Shown in pieces: positions 55,918 through 64,000 of a stretch of DNA of 64,000 bases (positions are counted from its first letter, which is position 1; the number at the start of each line of letters is the position of its first letter). The position numbers and the translations under genes are program-made. The DNA comes from Opitutales bacterium. GTDB lineage: Bacteria; Verrucomicrobiota; Verrucomicrobiia; Opitutales; Opitutaceae. The notes under the pieces were generated by a model, which was given only the letters and a program-made list of their open reading frames with translations, was not told where the DNA came from and searched no databases. The stretch is from assembly GCA_038206205.1 (NCBI GenBank), contig JBBRBC010000012.1:2518-66517 (forward strand), read 5' to 3'.

Positions 55918-57642
55918 TCACAAGCACTTGTCGGTCACGGCGCCTTCGGAGGCGGTGCTGACGAGCTTGGCGTACTTGGCGAGAACGCCGCGGGTCTCGC
56001 GGGGCGGGAGCGGTTTATACGCCGCCATTCGCGCCGCATAATCTGTGTCGGGAATTAGGAGACTGATCGTGTTTTTCACGGCGTCGATTTCGATCAGGTC
56101 GCCATGGCGCACGATGCCGATCGGGCCGCCTCGCGCTGCTTCGGGTGTGATGTGGCCGACGTCGAAGCCGTGGCTGCCGCCGGAGAAACGGCCATCGGTG
56201 ATGAGTGCCACTTCCTTGATGAGCCCGCGACCGGCGACCGCGCTGGTGGGTGAAAGCATTTCGCGCATACCGGGACCGCCGACCGGTCCTTCGTTGCGGA
56301 TGACCACGACATCACCTTTGACGACGTCGCCCCGGAGGATGCCTTTCAGCGCGTCCTCTTCGCTTTCATAAACTTTGGCGGTGCCTTTGAAGTAGAGTCC
56401 TTCCTTGCCGGTGATTTTGCCCACGGCACCAGCGGGAGCCAAGTTGCCGTGGAGGATGCGGAGATGGGTTTCCTTTTTGATCGGTTGGTCCCACGGGCGA
56501 ATGATGTCCTGTTGATCAGGGTAAGACGGATAGGGCTGCACGTCTTTGAGGGATTCGGCCATTGTCTCGCCGGTGACGGTGAGGCATTCGCCGTGGAGCA
56601 GGCCGCGATCGAGGAGCAGCTTCATCATCGGGCGGATACCGCCGACGCGGATGAGGTGGCTCATGCCGTATTTGCCAAAGGGCTTCACATCGGCGAGGAG
56701 GGGGATTTTTTCGCCGATGATTTTGAAATCTTCGAGGGAAAGCGGGACTTCGGCCGAGTGCGCGATGGCCAGCAGGTGGAGAATGAGGTTTGTGGAGCCG
56801 CCGAGAGCGAGGCAAACCATGATGGCGTTTTCGAAAGCGTGGCGCGTGAGGATATCGCGCGGCTTGGTGCCTTGGCGCAGCATGGCCATCACGGCGGCAC
56901 CCGCGCGCTGACAGTCCTGGCGCTTGGCTTCGCTGATGGCGAGTTGGGCGCTGCTGTTGGGGAGACTCATGCCGAGGGCCTCGATGGCGCTGGCCATGGT
57001 GTTGGCCGTGTACATGCCGCCGCAGGAACCGGGTCCGGGGATGGCGTTGGCCTCGACTTCGCGCAAGCCGGCATCGTCGAGTTCCCCTTTCGCGTGTTTA
57101 CCGACTGCTTCGAAAACCGAAACGATATCGAGCGGCGTTTTGTGATCGCAGTCACCGGGGGTGAAGCCGGGAAGTATGGTGCCGCCGTAAATGAACACGG
57201 CGGGGCGGTTCAGGCGCGCGATGGCGATCATGGCGCCCGGCATGTTTTTATCGCAGCCCCCGATCGCGATCAGACCATCGAAACCTTCGGCGGCCACGGC
57301 GGTCTCGATGGAATCGGCGATGACATCGCGCGAGACGAGACTGTAGCGCATGCCTTGCGTGCCCATGCTGATGCCATCGGTGACGGTGATGGTGTTGAAA
57401 TAAACCGCTTTGCCGCCAGCGGCGTTGACGCCCTTGCGCGCGTGCTCGCTGAGGTCGCCGAGATGGACGTTGCACGGCGTCATGTCGCTGGGTGAAGAGG
57501 CGACGGCGATCTGGGGTTTCTTAAAATCGTCGTCCGTGAAGCCCACGGCGCGCAACATGGACCGGGCCGGGGCGCGGTCGTGGCCGTCAACGACGACGGA
57601 GGAATGGGGACGGGGCGTGACGTTCGAAGGAAGGGAGCACAT
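55918..57642 (-). CDS. ilvD: Dihydroxy-acid dehydratase
   Basis: AIGGCDKNMPGA, the Fe-S ligand context and a typical IlvD C-terminus (TDGRFSGG). I prefer the start at ATG 57642. Confidence 0.93.
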   Translation of the reverse strand: MCSLPSNVTPRPHSSVVVDGHDRAPARSMLRAVGFTDDDFKKPQIAVASSPSDMTPCNVHLGDLSEHARKGVNAAGGKAVYFNTITVTDGISMGTQGMRYSLVSRDVIADSIETAVAAEGFDGLIAIGGCDKNMPGAMIAIARLNRPAVFIYGGTILPGFTPGDCDHKTPLDIVSVFEAVGKHAKGELDDAGLREVEANAIPGPGSCGGMYTANTMASAIEALGMSLPNSSAQLAISEAKRQDCQRAGAAVMAMLRQGTKPRDILTRHAFENAIMVCLALGGSTNLILHLLAIAHSAEVPLSLEDFKIIGEKIPLLADVKPFGKYGMSHLIRVGGIRPMMKLLLDRGLLHGECLTVTGETMAESLKDVQPYPSYPDQQDIIRPWDQPIKKETHLRILHGNLAPAGAVGKITGKEGLYFKGTAKVYESEEDALKGILRGDVVKGDVVVIRNEGPVGGPGMREMLSPTSAVAGRGLIKEVALITDGRFSGGSHGFDVGHITPEAARGGPIGIVRHGDLIEIDAVKNTISLLIPDTDYAARMAAYKPLPPRETRGVLAKYAKLVSTASEGAVTDKCL

Positions 57643-57785
57643 GGGAGGATGAGCAGTAGAGAGAAAAGCGGGGCCCGGCGGCAAGGGGAGATTTGCGGGG
57701 GGGCTGGAGCCTGCATTTCAAAGTCAGGCCGCTTCGCCGCGCGATGCGCTAAACCGCTTCGACCAACCGCGCCTGATCATCGGGC

Positions 57786-57870
57786 TTAGGGTAGGGGCCG
57801 TTGCCCGCAACGGTCTGGCAGGATGTGGTCCACGGTATCATTGGCGGTTGAGGGCAACCGCCGCTATCTT
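57786..57870 (+). repeat. Paired-hairpin repeat family R3, copy 2
   Basis: GGGGCCGTTGCCCGCAACGG ... GGCGGTTGAGGGCAACCGCCGCTATCTTT aligns with the reverse complement of 19738-19820. Confidence 0.8.
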
Positions 57871-58732
57871 TGGGGTTCGGTGAAGGCAAAAAAACAGTCA
57901 ATCAATCAAGCGTGACGTGTCAGGGTTTCGCGGGCGTGGGTTGGGCCGGCGTGAGAGAAAGCAAAATATTGCCCGGGGTGGTCGGGGCGTTTTCCCGCAT
58001 GGTGATTAAAGCGGCATCGATTATTTTCGCGGCAGCGGAGGAAAACCGCGCTACGGAAAACCATTCCGCCACGCAGCCAACGCGCCGGCTTCATCAGATG
58101 GGACAAGGCATTATTAAACATCGAATCAGTCTCAGTCATCCTGCTTCCGAAGAATCAGGGTGAGCTCAACTCCGCCGCGAAGCGGATTAAAATTAACGCG
58201 GAGGCGGCGAAGCTTGATGTGATGGCGCTCCGCGTTGTGCGGGGCCGGGTCGTTTTCATTGGTGGAGATTCGTGCTTCGGAGGAAAACCGAGGTTCGTTC
58301 TCTGAAGTTTTGCCTCCGAATCACGAATTGACGAAGGAAGGCCTGATGCCGAACGGTCTCCGGATTAAGACCCAGCGCTGGGGTTCGGAGATTTTTTGCG
58401 CGTTGATTGGCGTGATTCGCGGGCCAACCCGAGTGCGTTGAGGTCAACTCCCTCCACCTTTTCTTATCCAGTGCTTAGCGCCTGCTCGGTCGCAAACCCT
58501 GAGCTGGCCGAAGGGGGCTCAGATGATTAACTCGCCACCCTTTCCGCACGGGCTGGACTCAGGATGTCTAAGCAGAAGCTGACCTCAGGGCTGGCCAAGT
58601 CACGGATAGATTGTATTTTTATCAGTTGTTAAATATTTGTGGAGCAACTGTTAGCAATTAGTAATTGAGATGATTTATTCGGCATTCACCGCCTTCTCTC
58701 TGATCGATCAGCTTGGTTGAATTGGAGGAAAT

Positions 58733-58822
58733 GTGTTTATAGAGAATTTCTTGCCGAACTTTGAACGTTTCGGCTGCCAGTGCGTCTTACCCTGTGTAGT
58801 TCAATGGTTAGTTTGGTGTTAG
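58733..58822 (+). CDS. Candidate 29-aa Cys-rich hydrophobic micro-protein
   Basis: GGAGG at 58724-58728, GTG at 58733, encoding (M)FIENFLPNFERFGCQCVLPCVVQWLVWC. A terminator hairpin follows at 58834-58862. It lies in the AT-rich leader upstream of the protease/exosortase cluster. Speculative. Confidence 0.25.
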   Translation: MFIENFLPNFERFGCQCVLPCVVQWLVWC

Positions 58823-58833
58823 TTAGGGTAGTG

Positions 58834-58862
58834 AAGCCGCTCAGGGGTGAGCGGCTTTTCTG
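58834..58862 (+). terminator. Intrinsic terminator-like hairpin
   Basis: AAGCCGCTCA-gggg-TGAGCGGCTT followed by TTCTG (short U-tract). Confidence 0.5.
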
Positions 58863-59053
58863 CGTCTAGACACGAAGATTTGCAGTGAACGTCGTCGGCT
58901 GCGTTTCTGGAAGATTGCAGTTTATAGAGTTCACCTGGAATTCACCCAGCTCACTTGTCATGATTGCAGGAAAATCAGATGAATACACGGGTGCTATCCA
59001 TGCGCCTATTCAGTAAATTGATTGCTTTTGTTCTGCTATATAAAGCTGGAAGG

Positions 59054-59971
59054 ATGGAGTTAAGCAAATGGGGCCGACGCATGATGCTGATCGCTGTCCT
59101 CGTTGCCGGGTCGTCATCACCAGTTCATGCGATCATTTTTTATTCCACCGCTGATGCGAACTATAACACGACCGCACCCACCGGCCTGCTCGCTGATAGC
59201 GGTTGGCAATGGGTCGGACATTGGGGCGGTTTTCAAGGCGTGCCGATCGGTCCGCATCATTTCATCACGGCGCGCCATGTGGGTGGCGCGGTGGGCGAGG
59301 CGTTTGTGCTGAACGGCGTTTCCTGCACGACCACGGCATTTTTTGATGACACCGCGAGCGATCTGCGAATCTGGCAAGTGAGCGGCACTTTCCCCTCGTG
59401 GGCTCCGCTTTATCGGGCGAATAATGAAGTGGGTCGCAAACTCGTTGTTTTCGGTCGCGGTCTGACTCGGGGAGCGGAGGTTCGTGACGTCGCCACGCAC
59501 ACGCTGCGTGGCTGGCAATGGGGCGCGGGCGATGGTCGAATGCGCTGGGGGCAGAATGGCGTCGTCGCGGTGGTTGATCGCGGCGCTTATTGGGGCGCGT
59601 TGCTCTATGCGGTTTTTAATCCGACGGGCGGGAGCAATGTCGCCCATCTCGCTCAAGGGGATTCCAGTGGTCCGGTTTTCATGAACGATGGGTCCGGCTG
59701 GAAACTGGCCGGGGTGGCGGCAGTCGTGGACGCGGCGTTTAATACCACGGACAAAGGGGAAGGTTTCAACGCGGCCCTCTTCGAGCTGCGTGGTCTCTAT
59801 GTCGGCAACAGCAGCAAATGGACTCCGATCTCGGGTGCGAAGCCAGTGCTGAGTGGGTTTTACGCCTCACGGATTTCGGTGCACCTAGATTGGATCGAAA
59901 GCGTGTTGGCGCAGGAAAGTCCCGTCCTTGCCCGCCAAACCTTGCCTTCATCGGTTGCTCCTTTGCCGTGA
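59054..59971 (+). CDS. Secreted trypsin-like (S1/chymotrypsin-fold) serine protease, paralog 1
   Basis: Signal peptide MELSKWGRRMMLIAVLVAGSSSPVHA. Candidate triad H (ITARHVGG), D (ASDLRIW), S (GDSSGPVF). Alternative upstream starts at 58979 and 58964. Confidence 0.8.
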   Translation: MELSKWGRRMMLIAVLVAGSSSPVHAIIFYSTADANYNTTAPTGLLADSGWQWVGHWGGFQGVPIGPHHFITARHVGGAVGEAFVLNGVSCTTTAFFDDTASDLRIWQVSGTFPSWAPLYRANNEVGRKLVVFGRGLTRGAEVRDVATHTLRGWQWGAGDGRMRWGQNGVVAVVDRGAYWGALLYAVFNPTGGSNVAHLAQGDSSGPVFMNDGSGWKLAGVAAVVDAAFNTTDKGEGFNAALFELRGLYVGNSSKWTPISGAKPVLSGFYASRISVHLDWIESVLAQESPVLARQTLPSSVAPLP

Positions 59972-60417
59972 TAGTGTTGGTGACCGGCAAGGTTCTGCCA
60001 CCTACCTGATGCACGGCTGTCGGGCAATCGTTGCGTGATTGAAACGTGGATTTCACGCAGGCCCACTTGCCAGAATAGTTGGGGGCTTTTCTCTTCGGGC
60101 GTGCAAGCAACACCTCCTGCTCGTAACGCAGGCCGAGATTTCTTTTCTTCGGCAAAATTGACGGCCAAAATTGACCCCGTGCCTATTCTGGGTACGGGCC
60201 TGTTCCCGCGGCCACAGTGGCCCAAGCGCACCACTTGGGTGCGTAGCTTTGGCCCGACCCTCGCCCAGCCCTACACGCGTATTCAGCGCGTGGGCTGATG
60301 GGGCCAAACCCGTCTTGGCCGACACATGAGTGGCCTGACAATTCTGCCTTCAAAGTGCGTTTCCCAGGTCGAGTCCAATTTAGGAATGCCGGCATCAGGC
60401 GTAGCCGGAGTGACGTA

Positions 60418-60458
60418 GTCCAGAGTCGAGAGCTGAGAGCTCGATCCTCAGAGCTGGT
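60418..60458 (+). repeat. Heptanucleotide-periodic array abutting the protease-2 start
   Basis: GTCCAGA GTCGAGA GCTGAGA GCTCGAT CCTCAGA GCTGGT, then ATG (60459). An opposed partial array CAACTCT CAGCTCT GGACTGC lies at 60514-60534, inside the N-terminal coding region. Confidence 0.8.
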
Positions 60459-61545
60459 ATGCGTGATTTTGTGACGGGAAACTGTATTTACTGTATGGTC
60501 GGGCTCGAGACGCTCAACTCTCAGCTCTGGACTGCATCGTTCCGGCTGAAGCTACCTAGTCGTGCGCTCCTCGTGGTGTTATTTTTCGTCGGGTCATTCT
60601 CATCGCTGCAGGCGATGATTTTTTATTCCACGGCCGATCCGAATTACAACACCACGGCACCGACCGGAATGTTGGCTAACAGCGGCTGGCAATGGGTGGG
60701 CGTGTGGCGGGGGCTTTCAGGGCGTGCCGATCGGACCCAAACATTTTATCGCCGCCCGCCACATCGGCGGAACCGTGGGCGATCCATTCATTCTCAATGG
60801 CGTCACCTACACCACGGTCGCGGTGTTTGACAACACCCTGAGCGATCTGCGCATCTGGCAAATCAGCGGAACTTTTCCTTCGTGGGCACCGCTCTACCGG
60901 ACGGGTATTGAAGCGGGCAAGCCACTGATCGTCTTCGGCCGAGGGCTGACCCGGGGCACCGAGGTGCGCGATGCCGCCACCAACACGCTCCGCGGTTGGC
61001 AGTGGGGTGTGGGCGATGGCTTATTGCGGTGGGGCCAAAACACGGTCGCTGCGGTGGTGAACGGGGGTTCGTATTGGGGTGCCCTTTTGAATGCCACGTT
61101 GGATGCGTCGGGTGGAATCAACGAGGCGCACCTCGCGGTGGGCGACTCAAGCGGGCCGGTCTTCCTCGACGACGGTTCGGGCTGGAAGCTCGCCGGGGTC
61201 GCGGCGGCCGTTGATGCGTATTTTAATACCACAAACTTAGGCGCAGGTTTCAACGCGGCGATCTTTGACGCACGCGGACTCTATTCTGGCAGCAGTGGCA
61301 GTTGGAATTTGGTCGGCGGAACTTCTCCGGTGCCCAGTGGATTCTACGCGACCCGCATATCGGTTCGTGCCGCGTGGATCGATGGAGTGGTTCCTCCGGT
61401 CGTGGCCAGTCAGCCGACCAGCGTTCCGGTGATGTCTCCGGCCTGGTCTCTCCTGCTGGTGGCGCTGCTGTTCGGCAGCGGGGTTGTGTTTGCGCGTCCG
61501 TGCCGGTCGGACGATCAAGCCAAAGAGCTGGATACGCTATTGTAA
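60459..61545 (+). pseudogene. Trypsin-like serine protease, paralog 2, with C-terminal sorting-signal-like tail; interrupted by a +1 frameshift near 60708
   Basis: The N-terminal ORF (60459-60830) and the main ORF (60724-61545) each align with paralog 1 on either side of GWQWVGVW|GGFQGVPIG. Removing one base at about 60708 restores the frame. The tail is VPVMSPAWS + LLLVALLFGSGVVF + ARPCR. It could also be a sequencing error. Confidence 0.7.
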
Positions 61546-61638
61546 CAATCGGAACCTTGCTTGGCCGAGAGATTCTTCGCGACGCTGCTTTGCTGCCGCA
61601 GGCCAGAGCTGTAGACGCAAAATAAATCTCTTCTTTGC

Positions 61639-62352
61639 ATGATGCGAAAACGTCGTCCTCGTAAACCCGCTGATTCCGACGCCCGGCCAGCCGGCGGTAT
61701 AATATCCGCAGGATCCGATCATGACCGGGCTTGGTGGAGCATGTCGGCCAGGGCCGCCGGAAATCGACCGGTGTTGTGCTTTATCTTCACCTTTAGCGGG
61801 GCTTTGGGCCTGTACTTTTTGTTGACGCTCAGTCTGCGCATGCCGGACGAGGGGTATGCGAGCAAACATCCGCTCGTGGCGCGGCTGGTGGCTGTGAATG
61901 AATGGACCCAAGATCACGTCTTCCGGCCATATCAACGGCTGATCGCCAGCGCTTCCTCTGGGACAGTGAATTTGTTCGGTTACCACACGACGGTTGATGA
62001 GCGCGAGATTCGTTCGGCCCAATTCGCAGTGACCGTCACCAACGGATGCGACGGCATCGAACTTTCCCTCCTACTTGCAGCGGCCATTGTGGTGTTCCCG
62101 GCGTCCGCTCGTCGGAAAATGGCCGGACTTGCCGCCGGCTTGGTCCTCATCGCGCTGCTAAATTATCTGCGCGTGGTCAGTCTCTGGCTTATCGGGGTGC
62201 ATTGGCGCGCGGGTTTTGATCTCGTCCATTACAATCTCTGGCCGCTGCTGCTCATCTGCGTTGTTCTCCTCTTTTTTGTTTCCTGGCTGAAGCATGCCAC
62301 GTCGGTCCTCACCGATTTAACGGAGCCGGCCGATGGAGCTGCGCAAAGCTAG
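61639..62352 (+). CDS. Exosortase/archaeosortase-family transpeptidase (minimal form)
   Basis: Multi-TM protein with the family's three hallmark residues in order: Cys in VTNGCDGIEL, Arg in LLNYLRVVSL, His in FDLVHYNLWP. Confidence 0.7.
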   Translation: MMRKRRPRKPADSDARPAGGIISAGSDHDRAWWSMSARAAGNRPVLCFIFTFSGALGLYFLLTLSLRMPDEGYASKHPLVARLVAVNEWTQDHVFRPYQRLIASASSGTVNLFGYHTTVDEREIRSAQFAVTVTNGCDGIELSLLLAAAIVVFPASARRKMAGLAAGLVLIALLNYLRVVSLWLIGVHWRAGFDLVHYNLWPLLLICVVLLFFVSWLKHATSVLTDLTEPADGAAQS

Positions 62353-62453
62353 ACCGGCACCATGCTCGCGATGAAACCAAGGCGGGGCCGGCCCGGTGCA
62401 GAGGGAAGTATCGTCAGAAAAAACCTGCGGCGCGCCTCGCGATCGGTCCGCGT

Positions 62454-63086
62454 TTGATCTGGCCCTTCATCGGTCGGCTCATCGGCTGGTATCTCGGGCT
62501 CCTGTTGCTCTGGTTGCCGTTGGGCCACCTCTACCGGGCAGGATTGATTGGAGCCGGCAATCTGACCTTGGGAAAAATTTTGCCTGGAAAGGAAATTCTT
62601 TTTCAGCATCACACCCAAGAGAAGGCGCTCGGTATCACCGAAGGGGTGGACCTCGTTGTGTTAGTCCGAACCGATGACATGTATGATCGCGACCACCACA
62701 AACAATACGTGTTGGCGAAACCGGTGATCACTTTCTATCAGCCCTACACGGCGGCGGCATTTCTTGGCGCACTGTTTTTGGCCGGTCGGCCGCGTTGGCG
62801 AACGCGTTTGCTCAAGGGTGTGCCTGCGATGGCCGGGCTGCATTGCTTGATGCTCGTCTGCGTTCTGGTCGAGGTGAACTACACCATCGGCCTGCACCTG
62901 CCTGCTGCGTCAAGCCAGGGACCGTGGGTGAAGACTGCGTGCCAGTTGTTGCATTCGTCGGTCACGGACTGGTCGGCCGGGGTGTTTTTGGTCCCGTTGA
63001 TACTTTGGACGCTGTCCAATTGGCCCGCGCGACGGTCCGGTGGCACGGCGGAAAAACAGCAGACGCTCCAAGAGGATCAGCGGTAA
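62454..63086 (+). CDS. Multi-pass membrane protein, candidate exosortase-associated partner
   Basis: 210 aa, TTG start, 4-5 hydrophobic helices, co-directional and 100 nt downstream of the exosortase-family gene. Confidence 0.55.
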   Translation: MIWPFIGRLIGWYLGLLLLWLPLGHLYRAGLIGAGNLTLGKILPGKEILFQHHTQEKALGITEGVDLVVLVRTDDMYDRDHHKQYVLAKPVITFYQPYTAAAFLGALFLAGRPRWRTRLLKGVPAMAGLHCLMLVCVLVEVNYTIGLHLPAASSQGPWVKTACQLLHSSVTDWSAGVFLVPLILWTLSNWPARRSGGTAEKQQTLQEDQR

Positions 63087-63313
63087 TTCCAATTGCTCGC
63101 TGCCATTCCCGTGTCATGGCGAGGAGCCTCGCGTTACAGGACGATAAAGCGGTCCGGCCTCTTTTCACCCGGAGACATCCAGGTTCGCTCGACTGGCGAC
63201 TGTTCACGCGCAAAACACCTGCCAAGCATCCGCCCAATAATGGTTCGATGGACTCTGCGCGCCAAGCCCGTCCTCACTCCGCATCGGCACGATAGCGCAC
63301 GGTGGCACCGGCA

Positions 63314-64000
63314 TCACGGAGTGGTTTCATAGTTTGTCCGGGTGGCGCTTTGCAGCAGGAGCTGGTCGTTGAAGGAGAGATAGGTCGCGTCTTCCGCCAT
63401 CACGGAGACGAGTGTGCCGGCGACAATTTTCACATAACAAGCGCGCGCGTCGGTCGTCAGTCGGCCAAATTCGGCGGCATTGAACGTGAGTGATCCGCCA
63501 GCAGAATTCAGTGACGCCAGCTCTATCCCTGCATTGGTGTTGATCAACACGGCGGCCGTCCCGGGTTGATCCAGCAAGATCCTGATGCCCTGCGCCAGGG
63601 TCGTTTCATCGCCCACCCGGACATGGGGAAATAGCACCTGCACAAACTGGAGCCGTTGCCCCGGACTGACGTCGCCCGTCCAGGCGTAGCGGGTTTTTTT
63701 CATCGGACCCTGGCCCGAAGGACCATCGGGAATGTCTTCCACCGTCATCGCCGCGCCCTCTTTGTTGCCGTAATAGATGAGCAGGTCCATCGGCGGAACC
63801 GTGTAGCGCAGGACATTTTGGAAGGAGTGCGTCTCAAACCAAGTGTTCACCCAATTATTCCCGCTGGCCTCACTCACGTTCTGGGTATTCCAAACCGGAC
63901 CCACGGTTGCCCGGAAGGAGTCGTTGAAAACGGTTTCGTCGCGCACGAGTACGAAACGATTTTTCACCAGCAGAAATTCCCGCGTTTGGGTCGCCTCGTA
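63314..64000 (-). CDS. Hypothetical protein, C-terminal part (open to the window edge); possibly heparinase II/III-like beta-sandwich
   Basis: The frame stays open from 63967 to 64000, so the gene starts outside the window. NRFVLVRDETVF weakly resembles the C-terminal domain of heparinase II/III-like lyases. Confidence 0.45.
   Translation of the reverse strand, partial: YEATQTREFLLVKNRFVLVRDETVFNDSFRATVGPVWNTQNVSEASGNNWVNTWFETHSFQNVLRYTVPPMDLLIYYGNKEGAAMTVEDIPDGPSGQGPMKKTRYAWTGDVSPGQRLQFVQVLFPHVRVGDETTLAQGIRILLDQPGTAAVLINTNAGIELASLNSAGGSLTFNAAEFGRLTTDARACYVKIVAGTLVSVMAEDATYLSFNDQLLLQSATRTNYETTP

Noticed and set aside
57870-58163. 97-aa plus ORF and 77-aa minus ORF (57906-58139) in the ilvD upstream region
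   Set aside because: They are mutually antisense, with no motifs, and are flanked by dispersed repeats (R3 and the GGGTGAGCTCAACTCC segment). There is no start-site or terminator context.
58786-58830. tRNA-like D-arm string TGTAGTTCAATGGTTAG
   Set aside because: I could assemble no acceptor stem, anticodon arm or GTTCRANYC T-loop around it. The segment instead lies inside the candidate micro-ORF and hairpin.

Overview
High-GC bacterial chromosomal segment. Hand counts on sample 60-nt lines give about 41/60 G+C in typical genes, against about 28-29/60 in a low-GC block at 21.5-26.9 kb. Gene content and repeat style suggest a Verrucomicrobiota/Opitutales-like genome, but I cannot verify that here. 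About 60 protein-coding genes are supportable. Recognisable core genes: miaB, gmk, the nadA-nadC-nadB operon, gnd, dnaN, pssA, an ampG-like MFS gene, upp, yebC, malQ, ilvD, ridA. Other content: a two-component signalling cluster with a stand-alone sensor globin (0.9-7.1 kb), the urease accessory set ureE-F-G-D plus hupE/ureJ with no ureABC in the window, a penicillin-acylase-family gene, several type II toxin-antitoxin modules (two vapBC, hicB with a broken hicA, one orphan antitoxin), and a decayed ISKra4-like transposase. I found no rRNA or tRNA genes. The most interesting locus is at 58.7-63.1 kb: two paralogous secreted trypsin-like proteases, followed by a minimal exosortase-family protein and a multi-pass membrane partner, preceded by an AT-rich leader holding a candidate 29-aa Cys-rich micro-ORF. 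One protease carries a C-terminal sorting-signal-like tail and a frameshift. The intergenic space is unusually long and repeat-rich. It contains heptanucleotide-periodic arrays abutting start codons, a structured repeat family with short and long (UUCG-hairpin insertion) forms, a double-palindrome composite element in three copies, MITE-like nested inverted repeats, and a duplicated module pair in the eamA-yebC divergent region. All calls come from reading the ORF translations and the nucleotide sequence by eye. Family names are motif recognition from memory, not database hits.
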